Source: Chrysomallon squamiferum (taxonomy: Eukaryota > Animalia > Mollusca). From it: a stretch of 64,000 bases of DNA. The stretch spans positions 11,780,001 through 11,844,000 of the forward strand of contig CM022677.1 in assembly GCA_012295275.1 (NCBI GenBank), written 5' to 3'. Below, piece after piece: positions 1-12,227 of this stretch. Under the pieces are notes generated by a model, which was not told the origin of the DNA, did not search any database, and saw nothing but the letters and a program-made list of their open reading frames with translations. Position numbers and translations under genes: made by a program. Each line of letters begins with the position of its first letter. The stretch's first letter is position 1.

Positions 1-265
1 ACAAACAATTCAGTGTGATTCTAATTATGCATAATGAAGACACATATCACAAATAAGTTTTGCATATAATCAGCTAATAACAAATATTTTCAACACTTGT
101 GAATTAAAAAAAGCCTAACAGCTGGTGTAATATCATGATGAAACAAATACAGCATTACCCCATTTAGTTAAAATCAAAGATGGTGAATATTAATAAGAAT
201 TATTTTGTTAACAGTAGTAGTAGTAGTGGAAGTAATAATAGTATAATAATACTAATGACAATAAT

Positions 266-314
<49 letters not shown>

Positions 315-1696
315 GAAGTTGTAATAATAAAATTAACAATAATTATCTCAATAGTATTAGCATAATAATAATAATAAGAAGAAGAATAATAATAATAGTA
401 ATAATAAAATAATAATAGAATTTTTACATTTCACCATTTGATATGAGACATTAACTTGAAAGAGTCTATTTTCTGTCATTATCATTACAGAAATGACTCA
501 AATAATGTTCTTAAACACGTAATAAAAATATTCATACTGTATAATTAACCAATCCATTGAAAATATTATAATATAGGATGGTTTAAATATAAAATTACAG
601 TAAGATATTTTTTTCATGTTCACTAAGAGTGAATTACAAAGTCAATAGTTTAAAAAAGATAAAAAGATACATCTGTTATCAATGATCAATACAGATAGTA
701 AACTACTTTTGATTGGCTAATATGTCTGAGAAAATCATTTTCATTGGTTTAAAAACAGTTGTCATATATATTTTTATAGATAATATATAAATATCAAATG
801 TGATATAAAACTGACATTTTAATTTTTATGTGATATTTTTCTTTGTCTGATGTCATGTTATAAAACAGGATTGTTCATTGGTTAAAGCTCAGATCTATTC
901 TACTGTTTGACTGGCCAGAAGTTCTAATAAATAAATAATTTCATTGGTTAATTATTAAAGCCATTCCTATTTTCATTGGTCAGCTGACGATCCAATCACC
1001 TCTCAGGATTTCATTTATAATTAAAGAGTTTTTTCTGTGCACAGTTTTCACTGTTTGATTCAAGTGCTGAGTTTAAAATGTAAATCCACTAAAACATTAA
1101 CAAATATGTACAAAAATCTGGTAAGATGAACAATTCATTTTTTCTGAGACTGTTTCCTGTAATAAGATTTCACTGGCTAGTGTGTTGTACCACTGTGTTG
1201 TATTGTTTCTTCAGATGTAACCGGTGATCCTTTGACACTGATTCACACAAACATTTTCTTTAGATCATCAACAGTAATTTAAATGAAGTGTTTTCTGTAA
1301 TGTCTGTTTTGTTCATTTTGGTCACAGACGTTGGTCAAAATAAACACAAAGTTCTTTCACAATAATGTTTCATTTGCACATTTGTTGAATGGTCCAAGGT
1401 ATTGAATAATGTATGCCAATATTTCTCTGGCCTGAATTTTTCAAGAACAACACTGATTGGTTTTGATGGGTCATTTGTTACATTCATGATGATTGGTTTA
1501 TTACAGATCAGTGGCCAGTCTTTTATTACAGACACCATGACTGGCTATTTTTAACTCTCAGATCACCATGGTTACATGATTGGTAAATAACAAACTTTTT
1601 TACCAGTCTTTTCTTACAGACACAGTGACTGGATAACAGAACTCACAGAATTTTATTACAATCATAATGATTGGTTAATTTAAAATCCCAGATCTG

Positions 1697-1876
1697 CTAT
1701 AATGAAGTCTCATTGGTTGGTGGCCTAACAGTGTCTATCTCAAGCACTTCAATTCTTTGTTTGAGCAGTTTTATCTGTCTCTCGTAGCGATCTGTCATCC
1801 CCTGTAACTGAGTCTCAATTTCTTCAGCTTGCTCTGGTACATCTTCTTTGCTTTATCAAATGCTGATATCAAGGCA
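1697..1876 (-). pseudogene. MCC: MCC terminal exon (ALISAFDKAKKMYQSKLKK / ETQLQGMTDRYERQIKLLKQRIEVLE..PPTNETSL*)
   Basis: Acceptor ttacAG at 1878-1877. The C-terminal ETSL PDZ-binding motif ends at TAG 1699-1697. A 1-nt frameshift near 1817 (AAATTGAGACT) is needed to join the two halves. Confidence 0.88.
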
Positions 1877-2655
1877 CTGTAAGAGAAAAAAAAAAATAAA
1901 AAAAATAAATATATAAATAAATAAATTAATAAAATAAAATAAAAGATTATTATTTAAAATTAGTTTATAGTATTAAGGCACTATGGGGGAAAACAAAGGA
2001 AAATGAAAAGAATATAAAATTAGAATATGCTATTTATGTTACAAAAATACTAATCATATAAAGGAACTACAAAAATAAAATTAAAAAGCTATGTAACTAT
2101 TATGTTAATTTGATTTAAAAATAAAAATAATATAGCAATGCTTTATAAAATAAAGTGAAATAAGATGATGTAAAATTAAATTATTTATATTGCAAAAATA
2201 AAATTAAAAAAATTAGAATAATAATGATATCAAGACATTACAGGGCAAAAAATAAAGTAAAATAAAGATTATAATATTAGATATATCAATTATATTACAG
2301 AAATACTAATGCTATCACTACAAAACATTACAAAACAAAACAAAAATAAAATAAAAATTAGATGCAATTTATGTTAGAAATATATAAATGTTAATAACAA
2401 CAATATTAGTAAAAGTGATTTTAGTACTGCACAGAAAACTCTTCCACAAAAAATCCCAGACAGAAAAAGCAATGACATTATGTCAATTTATATACTGTTT
2501 ATATAATTATAATATTCACACAATAAGTTTATAATAAAAATGTCTCTAAATATAATTTGAATTCCTGTTTGAAACGTGTGTATGTATTTGCATAGACCAA
2601 TGTTTAGTGTAGAACATGTAGATTATGCATGACATGCATACACCTGTATGTTTAC

Positions 2656-2897
2656 CTGTTAGCTCGTTTCAGGTCACTGACAACAAATGTCTCTGTTTGA
2701 CTGCTGATGTCTGATTTGTTGACCTGTTTTTAGAGATTTTTCTAGAGTTTCAGGTCACTGACAAACTCTGCTGACTCTGAATTTGAGAGTCGTTTTTCTC
2801 TTCTGAGTGACTCACACAGGTCCTGAGCTATCTCCATCACATCATTCGATCTCAACTCACAGATAGCTGGCGCTGTCAGCTCATCATCTTCATCATC
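2656..2897 (-). pseudogene. MCC: MCC penultimate exon, scrambled
   Basis: AG at 2899-2898 and GT at 2655-2654. Reads DDEDDELTAPAICELRSNDVMEIAQDLCESLRREKRL..SAEFVSDLK..IRHQQS then shifts frame to VSDLKRAN. The motif TCAGGTCACTGACAA occurs twice (about 2669 and 2750). Confidence 0.8.
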
Positions 2898-3739
2898 CTG
2901 ATGATAAACAATTATTCATTAAGAACTTTAGTAATTATGAAAGCTATCAAATTATTATTTTTATCATGATGATAATCAATGAAAACTTGATTATAATAAT
3001 AGAATTAAAATTGTAATGATTTATATCAATAGAATTATCATAAATAATTATCAGATTATCATGATCATCATGATGATAAATGATTGAAACTCGGTTATAT
3101 AATAAAATTAGAATTATAAATGTTGTCTGTTCCTTACCTTAACACCTTGATGAATCAAAATTTAAAACATTTAAAATTTAATAATTACAAAGGTTTTCAA
3201 TTAATTATTATCATAACGATACATTTAAAATTTTAAAAGTAATTATGAAAAAGAGTATCAGTGGTTATGGCATACAAAATCAATATTATGATATAACCTA
3301 TCATTATTACCTATTATTATTACATTCTGTTACACTCAGTATTCTTAGAAAGATACCTGTTTTTAAAATTATAATAAAGAACTCAGATAAACAGTATCAG
3401 TAGTTATGACACAATATAGTATTATATTATTTGGTTTTTTCTGTTTTTATATGAACAAGTCACTTTATTTAGAATACTTACATAATAAAATAAACAGACA
3501 TATTCTATAAATATTATTTAGATTTTTTTTTTTTAAATCAGGTTTAAAACACACAAATAATAAAATAATGTGACATATCTACTGTGTATGTTATTATTAT
3601 TAATTACAGATTATATTTGGTTCCCCTGTTTATATAATTATCTCTGTCTAACTGCTATAAGAGAAAATCATTGTTTGTTGTTTTTAATCAGTCTGATTTT
3701 ATATAATTATATATATATATATATATATATAATTATCAG

Positions 3740-3797
<58 letters not shown>

Positions 3798-3809
3798 TAT
3801 ATTTATACT

Positions 3810-4262
3810 AACCAGAAAAGAGATAAAGAGATTAAAAAGAGAAAATCACTTGTTTGTGTTTGCCTAGTCTGTTTTATATAACTTTTAAATATATATATAT
3901 ACTGGCCAGAAGAGATAAAGAGATAAAAATAAAACAGAGATAATCACGTTTGTGTTTGCCCAGTCTGTTTATATATAACTATATATATATATATACTGTC
4001 TTTTAACAGGTTTTAGAAGAGATAAAGTGATAAATAGAACAGAGATAATCACGTTTGTGTTTGCCCAGTCTGTTTATATAATTATATATATATATACTGT
4101 CTAACTTTAGAAGAGATAAAGTGATAAATAAAACAGAGATAATCACATGTTTGTGTTTGCCCAGTCTGTTTATATAATTATATATATATATACTGTCTAA
4201 CTTAGAAGAGATAAAGTGATAGATAAAACAGAGATAATCACATGTTTGTGTTTGCCGTCTCT
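3810..4262. repeat. Tandem repeat of about 75-100 bp (about 5 copies) overlapping the 3' end of an MCC exon
   Basis: Recurrent AGAAGAGATAAAG(T/A)GATAAATAAAACAGAGATAATCAC..TTTGTGTTTGCCCAGTCTGTTTATATAATTATAT units. Confidence 0.9.
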
Positions 4263-4421
4263 GCCCAGTCTCTGCTGGTGCTCTGAGATCTCACACTTGA
4301 GATGCTCTATCTGTACTCTGTAGGCCTGCTCCTGTGACTCCTTACCACTCAGTCTCAACTCCAGAGCTCTCTTCTCCTTCTCCATCAAGTAGTTCTGAGC
4401 CTTCAGCTCCGCCTTCTCCTC
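4241..4421 (-). pseudogene. MCC: MCC exon (EEKAELKAQNYLMEKEKRALELRLSGKESQEQAYRVQIEHLKCEISEHQQRL)
   Basis: Acceptor tttttcAG at 4423-4422 and an open frame closely matching the MCC coiled coil. The donor is poorly defined, so the lower coordinate is approximate. Confidence 0.88.
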
Positions 4422-4894
4422 CTGAAAAACAAAATTACAACAAGGTGAGTAAATTGAGTCTGTCCAGAATTCAGAAAATGTTTTAATACAAATACAGTAT
4501 GATTCAAAATAAAGACCAAAGTGTCATTAATAAAATCAAAAGAACAGAAATACTAGTTAATGTAGTACAAGACATCAAGGTAGTTTTAATAATATGCTAT
4601 TCTAATGTTAAGAATAAATCTGTCTAGAATCCCAGAAAATATTTTTAAATACATAGAATGAACATAATAATAAATATAAAACAAAGATCAAAGTGTTATT
4701 GATAAAAGAATATGAAAAGAAAAAATACAATACAAAAATAGAAGACAATTTTCATATTAATTTATTCAAATTGTTAAAAACACAAACACAGTGAGAGAAG
4801 ACTCCTGTTCACAAATAATAATAGGTTATTCTCTTTTAAGATTAGCAGCAAGGAATTTTTATATAGACAGAACAACACATTTAGTAACACTGAC

Positions 4895-5129
4895 CTTCAT
4901 AGCCATCAGCTCCTGCATTGACACAGCATTTTCCTAATCCAGTCTTTGAGCTTCTGGAGTTTTCTTGGGTTCATCAAGCAGAGGATCAAAGTGTAAACTC
5001 TCCAGCTCCATGACAGTCATTCTGACCGCTGCCCGGTCATTCTTCAGTGACTGAATGTACTCACGCAGTCTCTGTTCATCGAGTTTGGTGAAGTCAGTGT
5101 CCACTGAGCTGGCCAAAGAACTGGACATG
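4895..5129 (-). pseudogene. MCC: MCC exon with premature stop (..EAQRLD*ENAVSMQELMAMK)
   Basis: AG at 5131-5130 and GT at 4894-4893, phases compatible with the flanking exons. TAG at 4936-4934 replaces the Leu of the conserved LDLENAVLMQELMAMK. Confidence 0.92.
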
Positions 5130-5803
5130 CTGGACAATTCAAAATGAAAAGTTGGTTTGGTAAAGATTATCACTAGTCATGGAAAAGTAAGTTAATGCAC
5201 TTGAAATTTAAAATTCTCTAATTAGGTGAAATCCTTTTAAAAAGATAATTAAATTACAGAATAGACTGTAGACTACTGCAAAATCAAAATCTATCTTACT
5301 AAAAAAAATCCCAGTCAGATGCAAAACTATGTTTTTTTAATTATAAGTCCATTTAGGTTAATAAAAGCAATATTAAAGGTATAAAATTAGATTTCAATAA
5401 ATATAAAATAAAGATAATTTATATATATAAAAACAAAATCACTTTAAGTATTAAAAACAAAGTGGATTAAATTCAATACAAGGTAAAAAAAATACAGTCC
5501 ATTTAAATATAAATGCAGTTTAATTACTGAAAAACAAATTATTAATGTAAAAAATAAAGTCAATTTCACTATTCATCTTTAAAAGAATAATTAAAATGCT
5601 AAAGACAAAATCTCTTTAGACAGAAAAGTAATTATAGTAAAGTATAAAAACAAACTGAAAGCAGAATATCAGGTGTCACCTTGAAGTAGTGAAAAACAAA
5701 GTGTATTAATTAATAAAGTCAGTTTCAGTACTTACAAAACTAAATATAAAATAATAGAAAACAAAGTCCATTTAACATAAAAAGACTTCAAGTAAAGTGT
5801 CAC

Positions 5804-5996
5804 CTTGCAGTTCTGCTGTTAGAAGAGAGATCTTTCCAGGGGTGAGAAGTACAGGGTGTGGTGTGAACTCCACAGCTTCTGTCCAGTTTGTGAAGTAGAT
5901 GTCGAGCCACGCCTTCAGCAGACTTCCTCGAGTGATGAGCTCTCTGTAGTATAGACGTCACCTCCACCTGATCCTCACACTCCCCTGACTCATCAG
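5804..5996 (-). pseudogene. MCC: MCC exon (DESGECEDQVEVTSILQRAHHSRKSAEGVARHLLHKLDRSCG..HPWKDLSSNSRT)
   Basis: AG at 5998-5997 and GT at 5803-5802. Matches MCC ITQMLKRAHDCRKTAENAAKALLMKLDGSCG..QPWESLSSNS. Confidence 0.9.
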
Positions 5997-6440
5997 CTGA
6001 AAATAAACACAGAGAAAACACACTTCTGTATTAATATACACACTTACTGAAAATAAACACAGAGAAAACACACTTCTGTATTAATATACACACTTACTGA
6101 AAATAAACACAGAGAAAACACACTTCTGTATTAATATACACACTTACTGAAAATAAACAGAGAAAACACACTTCTGTATTAATATACACACTTACTGAAA
6201 ATAAACACAGAGAAAACACACTTCTGTATTAATATACACACTTACTGAAAATAAACACAGAGAAAACACACTTCTGTATTAATATACACACTTACTGTAA
6301 ATAACACAGAGAAAACACACTTCTGTATTAATATACACACTTACTGAAAAAAATAAACAGAGAAAACACACTTCTGTATTAATATACACACTTACTGAAA
6401 ATAAACACAGAGAAAACACACTTCTGTATTAATATACAGT
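5997..6440. repeat. 50-bp minisatellite, about 9 copies
   Basis: Unit CTGAAAATAAACACAGAGAAAACACACTTCTGTATTAATATACACACTTA starts at 5997, 6047, 6097, 6147 and onward, with small indels. Confidence 0.97.
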
Positions 6441-7139
6441 CTGTGAAAATACTTCTGTATTAAATAAAATTACACACTTACTGTAAATAACAACATCAAG
6501 ACTTGGTAAAAATACAGACTTACTGAAATTAATATATTGTCTTATTGAAATTAACATAAAGACTTAGTAAAATTAATATTACAGACTTACTGAAATTATT
6601 AACAGCCTTATTGAAATTAACATAAAGACTTATTAAGACTCTCTCACACACACACACACACACACTTATGGAAATTAATATGCTGGCACTGAAATTAATC
6701 TGACTGTAATTAAAATAAAGATTTACTGAAATTAACACACATACACTAATTAAAATTAAATATACATTTAATAAAATTAACATAGAGACTTACTGGAGAG
6801 TTAGTTAACAACACTAACATGCACAGATGTCAAAAATTAACTTACACTAAAATATACAGATATAAAATATAATACTATAAGACTGTTATTTTCAGCATCT
6901 GTATTTTAGGCTAATTTCAGTGTCTATGTATTTACAGCTACTTGCTGAAAGTTAACATTACATACAGAAAAGTAACACACTGAAAATAAATCCTTCTTAC
7001 TGAAATGAAATACATGCATACTGAAAATTATTTAAATACTGAATTTTTAGATAAATAAATGGACACAAACACACACACATTCTGAAATTAATAATCACTA
7101 ATACTGAAATTGTAAAGACACACACAGACATACACTCAA

Positions 7140-7345
7140 AAATTAACTTCATTTACGTATAAAAAAAGAATGAATTTCAATGATGTAGCAATTACTGAAA
7201 TAATATATTTTTAAATAAGAATTTTAGTCAATTGCAGGATTCAAAGGGAGAACCAGTTTACTTCCTTGTGTCAAGAAAATATGGAACTTTTAAAATATGT
7301 TCTGAAACTGCATGTCAGCAAATCTATCAGTTGGTGAGTTAATTA
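7140..7345 (+). repeat. Inverted, internally deleted copy of pieces of 10690-10777 and 11118-11235
   Basis: GAACCAGTTTACTTCCTTGTG(T/C)CAAGAAAAT(A/G)TGGAACTTTTAAAATATGTTCTGAAACTG matches the reverse complement of 10700-10777. CAGGATTCAAAGGGAG matches the reverse complement of 11117-11132. Confidence 0.85.
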
Positions 7346-7351
7346 ATATAA

Positions 7352-7524
7352 GTTCTGCAGCTCTACAGTTAGCTAACAAAACTTCCCATCTCACTCTCCA
7401 GCAGAACACACAACACTTCATAAGCCTCTGTCGCCTGAAACAAAGTCTGAACAATTCCCTGCATGTTAGAACAGCCATGTAAACTCTGCACTAAATGTTT
7501 GGCTAATTTGAAATTTGGAAGAAG
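7352..7524 (-). pseudogene. MCC: Fused remnants of two non-adjacent MCC segments
   Basis: AG at 7526-7525. KLAKHLVQSLHGCSNMQGIVQTLF runs directly into EAYEVLCVLLESEMG and then, after a frameshift, LLANCRAA. The intervening MCC segment (..RLNSRIEHLKSQNDLL..YESNATAL..) is absent. Confidence 0.8.
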
Positions 7525-8078
7525 CTGAAGTAGAAATTGTGAAAAAGTCAAAAGTCAAAAGTTATTCTGAGATATTGTTTAAAAATTTATTTTTTTAACT
7601 GATTTGAAATGGTATTACCATAGGCAAAAACCACCCCAAAACCTCAACACTTTGATGAATTAAAACATCATACTGGAAATTATGAAAAACATGTCTATGA
7701 GTTATTCAGTATCACTGCAAACTTTTAATTTTGTTTTTCATATTTTTCATATAATTATCAGATAACAATATACTGTCAGTATATTCCAATTTAAGTTTTA
7801 AATGTGTTAAGCATTAGTTATAAATTTGCTAAAAGTATTTGTGTGTGTGTGTGTGGTTATCTAACACTAGCAAGTCCAAACATTTCTAAGAATTTGCATT
7901 TTCAAGATTAATTTTAAGAATGAAAAAAGGATAAATGATTTGACAAATACATTAGAACAGATTAAAATGATGTTAAATATAAAATTATCTGATTTGATTC
8001 TTTTCTCTTTGTTTTATTGGGATAAAAACACCAATGTGAACACAGACATATAAAGAAAGAAAGCAAAATGAGATTTAC

Positions 8079-8190
8079 CCCAAGGGAGGTAATTTCAGCA
8101 CCAAGAATCTGTCTGTCTCCAGCACATATTTTTAATTTCTTCAGTTCTGCTATTTTAGCTACAGGAAACTGATCACTGCCTGCAGTGGTC
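8079..8190 (-). pseudogene. MCC: MCC exon (TTAGSDQFPVAKIAELKKLKICAGDRQILGAEITSLG)
   Basis: AG at 8192-8191 and GTAAAT at 8078. Matches MCC DIPIAKIAERVKL..DRPVLGSEISSIG. Confidence 0.85.
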
Positions 8191-8706
8191 CTGTGAATTA
8201 ATTAATATTACATAAATAAATAAATAAATCAATAAATAAATACAAATATTTACATAACTTAAATAAAAGCTACACTGTCAAATATTTTTAATAGGTAAAT
8301 AAGCAGCAAATGCATGACTTACAATAGAAAGAAATATACAAAGTAAAAATAATAATAATAATAATAATATACAAGTTTTTCATATACTCTTTAAACTATA
8401 ACAAAAAGGTAACAATTTATCTGGTAACTCTTTTTCCTGTAACAAAAATGTTACAATTTATCTGATAACTCTTTCAACAGTAACAAAAATGTAACAAACG
8501 CCATACTATATAACAGTTTATCCGAAAACTCTTTCAACAGTAACAAAACTGTAACAATTCATCTCTTAAAAATGTAATAAAAGCCATATTATATAACTGA
8601 AGGAAAAAGGAGTCTTAATAATTAAGATTACTAATGTTTTGTGTTTTAATTCTATCTACAAATTTTTTTTTATATATAATCATTTTTAATATTTATGCGG
8701 AGTTAC

Positions 8707-9005
8707 CTTTCTTTTCAACTTCTCCCTGTCATCATTGATATATTCAATATGGCTACATAGCTGTATAAGTTATATTTCCTGTCTGCCTATCTGTTCTTGT
8801 AGAGCATAGTTTTCTACTCGCAGTGAGTTCACCTCCTCCTGCAGATACTTTGAGCATTGTGCTTTTCAGCATCTTCTTTGAGATGTTGAACGACGTTGCA
8901 ATCATCAGACACATTGTGGAAGGGGAAAGTCTTTTCTTTCTGCAATGGTTGACTCCAGTTCTGTGACAACTCGGGAAAATTCTGTGTTTATTTCATTACC
9001 TATTT
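8707..9005 (-). pseudogene. MCC: MCC exon with stops and a frameshift (EINTEFSRVVTELESTIAERK..LQEEVNSLRVENYALQEQIGRQEI*..DDREKLKRK)
   Basis: AG at 9007-9006 and GTAACT at 8706. Resembles MCC DLNSELQRVLTGLE..ELAGLREENESL..REERDRLRRR. Confidence 0.75.
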
Positions 9006-9659
9006 CTAAAAAAAAATATATATATATTTTTAAATTAATTTATAATTATTCTCAGTTATAATTTGGGTATATACAGTTATTTTTGTACTTTTTTTTTAAT
9101 TCATTCTGACAGTAAGTAAATGAGTTATGTTTCATTATAAGTTTAAATTGTATTAAAATCAATGAAGAACAGCAAACTCGTGATATTTTACAATTGAAAA
9201 ATAACAAACCTGTACTGTTTCATTTATGTGATTGAATTGCATTAAAAAAACAGTGAAGAACGGCAAACACACTTTAAACTGAATAATGGCAAACTTATAA
9301 TATTTCATTATGTTTCCAACAAACCTGTACTGTTTCCTTACATGTTTAAATTGCATTAAAAACAGTGAAGAACAGCAAACTCATATTATATATTATATAT
9401 TATTTCACATTTGACTAAAACTACTGACCTGATGACATTAATCTGCTGTTATTATGTAATTTCACATGTAATTTTGTCTCAATATTGCATACACACAAAC
9501 ACATGCACACACAGACATAAACAGGTGGGGAAGCAACCTCCTGGACCACACCTACCTTTAACAATAAATCTAGCATGACAGCAATTACACCTGACAGCTA
9601 CATCAATCAACAGACAGAAATGAGGTCACAGTTACCTGAATGTGGCTTCTGACAGACCT

Positions 9660-10560
9660 GCAGACACACAACAAAATGTACACAGCGATACAACTCAAGT
9701 CATTAGCATGCAGCTACTGCAGTGTCCATCACTATAGAAACTCCAGCCAGTTCTCATACCTCTCAAAACATGCAAACTTTCAGCAACTACATGAAACACA
9801 ATCAAAACTGCACTTCACTTATCAACATGCTAGACTCAGCTGCCATTAAACACAAACCTAAAACCAAAAACTGCATTAACAAAAATAGACAACAATTTAA
9901 TAACAAACAAAATCATTGAAATTGTTCGAGCCACGTTCGAATGCCACATACAGAAGATAATCACATCTTGTAAAAACTTTTACCAAGCATCACACTGCCT
10001 GACGGTCTCGTGCTAGAATAAAACATACAACCATTAAAATTCAGACAAAAACATACACACACTAAAATACTGTTAAAATCCATTCTCAGTAATAAACATC
10101 TCATCAAGGATCTAGGCCCTGATCAACCCTTTAAAACTCACCTTTCACTACAATCTAATTTTTAAACAACAGTCAGCCATATTGAAATGGAGACTGGAGT
10201 GGGTGAATGTTGCAACCAGCAAATAGTAAAGAACTAAAATAAACATTAGTTACACCTTTCATAATCAAAACTCAAAATCATTTTAGTAAGAAACTACATA
10301 ACATCCTTACCAGACTCAGAATCAGCTACTCCACCAATCTAAACACAATCAAATTCAAACACAAAATATACATAACACCAAACTGTAGCTGTGGAATTTC
10401 TGAAACCATGAAACATAACTTATTTCTCTGTCCACAGTTTTCCATTTACCACCTAATGCTACATGACACATTCATTGAAAATCCCTTGAATTTACATTAA
10501 AAAACATCTTGATAGCAACAGTGAAAAACTGAGAGCCAAACTTTAATTCAAACAAATAAA
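9660..10560 (+). mobile_element. Decayed non-LTR retrotransposon (LINE) ORF2 3' region
   Basis: About 10105-10150 reads KDLG..KLTFH. 10306-10440 reads LTRLRISYSTNLNTIKFKHKIYITPNCSCGISETMKHNLFLCPQF, the typical LINE C-terminal Cys/His motif. Boundaries approximate. Confidence 0.75.
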
Positions 10561-10696
10561 TAGACACAAATGTTTGACTAAATAAATTTGAAAACATAAA
10601 ATAAATAGCATACACAGTAACAAACAAAACAAAAAACAAATACATCAACACAAAATAATTATATAAATTAATTGATTAACAGATTAACTGACTCAC

Positions 10697-11320
10697 CAGC
10701 TGATAGATTTGCTGACAGTTTCAGAACATATTTTAAAAGTTCCACATTTTCTTGGCACAAGGAAGTAAACTGGTTCTGGCTGGTTTGGGCTGTTTGGAAT
10801 GTGAACGTTCTGTACTGACAAGTGAAATTGAAGAAGATAGCTTTTTCTTAAAAATAAAAATGAAAACTAAATTTATAATAACAAACAAAAACATACTGCA
10901 ATATAAAATCAATTAATCTAAGAATTAATACAATATCCTTAAAATTATATTTACTCCTTTAAATATATTTCAGAACAGATTCCAGTAAATAGCACTTAAT
11001 CTCTTACAAAAATTACACATTATTCAAACGAATGCTCACCCTGTGCAATAGCAGCCTGATGATTCTCCCTCCAAAGTGAAGATTCAGTCTCACATGCAGA
11101 CAGTATTTTCAAATTACTCCCTTTGAATCCTGTGACTGACTCAGACAAAATTAGTCATAATCTTGATGAACATGCTACAGAAATTGAACTATCCTTTCTC
11201 TGTCTTCACATGTAAATGTGTGTGAATTAATTTTCTTCTGCCAGATTTCTTTTCTCTCTCAGAGTTACCCCACTCAGTCTGCAATGCTTCAATAAAGCTC
11301 TGAGTTTGTTCTGACTAATG
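10697..11320 (-). pseudogene. Two exon-like blocks (11320-11040 with stops; 10846-10697 open), unassigned, possibly upstream MCC exons
   Basis: Canonical polypyrimidine-AG acceptors and GTGAG donors, phase-1 compatible. No confident protein match. Confidence 0.4.
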
Positions 11321-11871
11321 CTGTAAACAAACAATAAAAGATATAAGCAGACACCAGTAACCCCCCCCCCACAAACAAGCACATTCAAATGTCCTCTATA
11401 CAAATGAAGGAGAAATTACAAATTAGCTGCTGCTTAAATAGGAAAAATACTAATGAAAAAAACCATACAAGTTATCTCTGCTTTGTTCATTGGAGTGCTT
11501 TGAAGAACTCCAAGAAATATTATATCTTTTTCAGCAGCAAAACAAAAAAATAATCTGAATTCTTATAATACTTATACAGTGGTAAATTATTTGAAATAAC
11601 TGTCCTAATTCAGATGACAAAAATTTCTTATTTATAAAAATCATTTTAATGAGTCTTGTTTATCCAGATAAAATATATTACAACTGATTTGACACTTAAA
11701 ATTTTCTTATTTCCATAATTAATTCTATCACAGTCACTATTGAATAAATAATATTATTTTAGAAGAACTTACTTTTTTCTTCTTCTTCTTATGACTATCT
11801 ATTACTGACATTTTCAACTTGAGACAAATGTCTTTTCAAGCTGATGATTATGCACGTTATGTCAGTAAGCA

Positions 11872-12176
11872 CAAGGCTCGAAAAAAAAAAAAACAAAAAC
11901 ATTATAGTTTAGTCGCCTAAAAAGTATTTTTTGGATCATCATTTTTTGTTTCTATAAGTTATAACACAAGAACCACTATTAATAAGTTTGTAGCAAATAT
12001 TTATGTCAGATCAAAGGTTTGTTCGATAATTTAAAAGTATCGGCTTACCTTAATTTGTCAACATCTAAAATTAAATTCGAAAATTATTTATTAATTAAAA
12101 TCGCCACAAAAATTTAATCCTAGTTATACAAATCAGCTGGTAAGACATTTCCAAACAAACCTTGACAAAAATGGAA

Positions 12177-12227
<51 letters not shown>

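Larger units (their letters stand above)
1697..9005 (-). pseudogene. MCC: MCC (colorectal mutant cancer protein / MCC regulator of WNT signalling) homolog, disabled and internally deleted
   Basis: Eight exon-like blocks are collinear with MCC from memory: EINTEFSRVVTELE..LQEEVNSLRVEN; FPVAKIAELKKL..DRQILGAEITSLG; AKHLVQSLHGCSNMQGIVQTL/EAYEVL; ILQRAHHSRKSAE; DTDFTKLDEQRLREYIQSLKNDRAAV; EKEKRALELRLSGKESQEQAYRVQIEHLK; LRREKRL..IRHQQS; C-terminal NETSL*. Multiple in-frame stops and frameshifts. Confidence 0.9.

Noticed and set aside
4934-4936. Programmed stop-codon readthrough or recoding in MCC
   Set aside because: The same gene also has frameshifts and deletions, so decay or sequencing error is the simpler explanation.
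5997-6440. CRISPR-like array
   Set aside because: Contiguous tandem units without unique spacers, in a eukaryotic intron, with no cas genes.
9636-9657. 22-nt minus-strand micro-exon of MCC
   Set aside because: The splice signals and phase fit, but it is too short to support and lies at a LINE edge.
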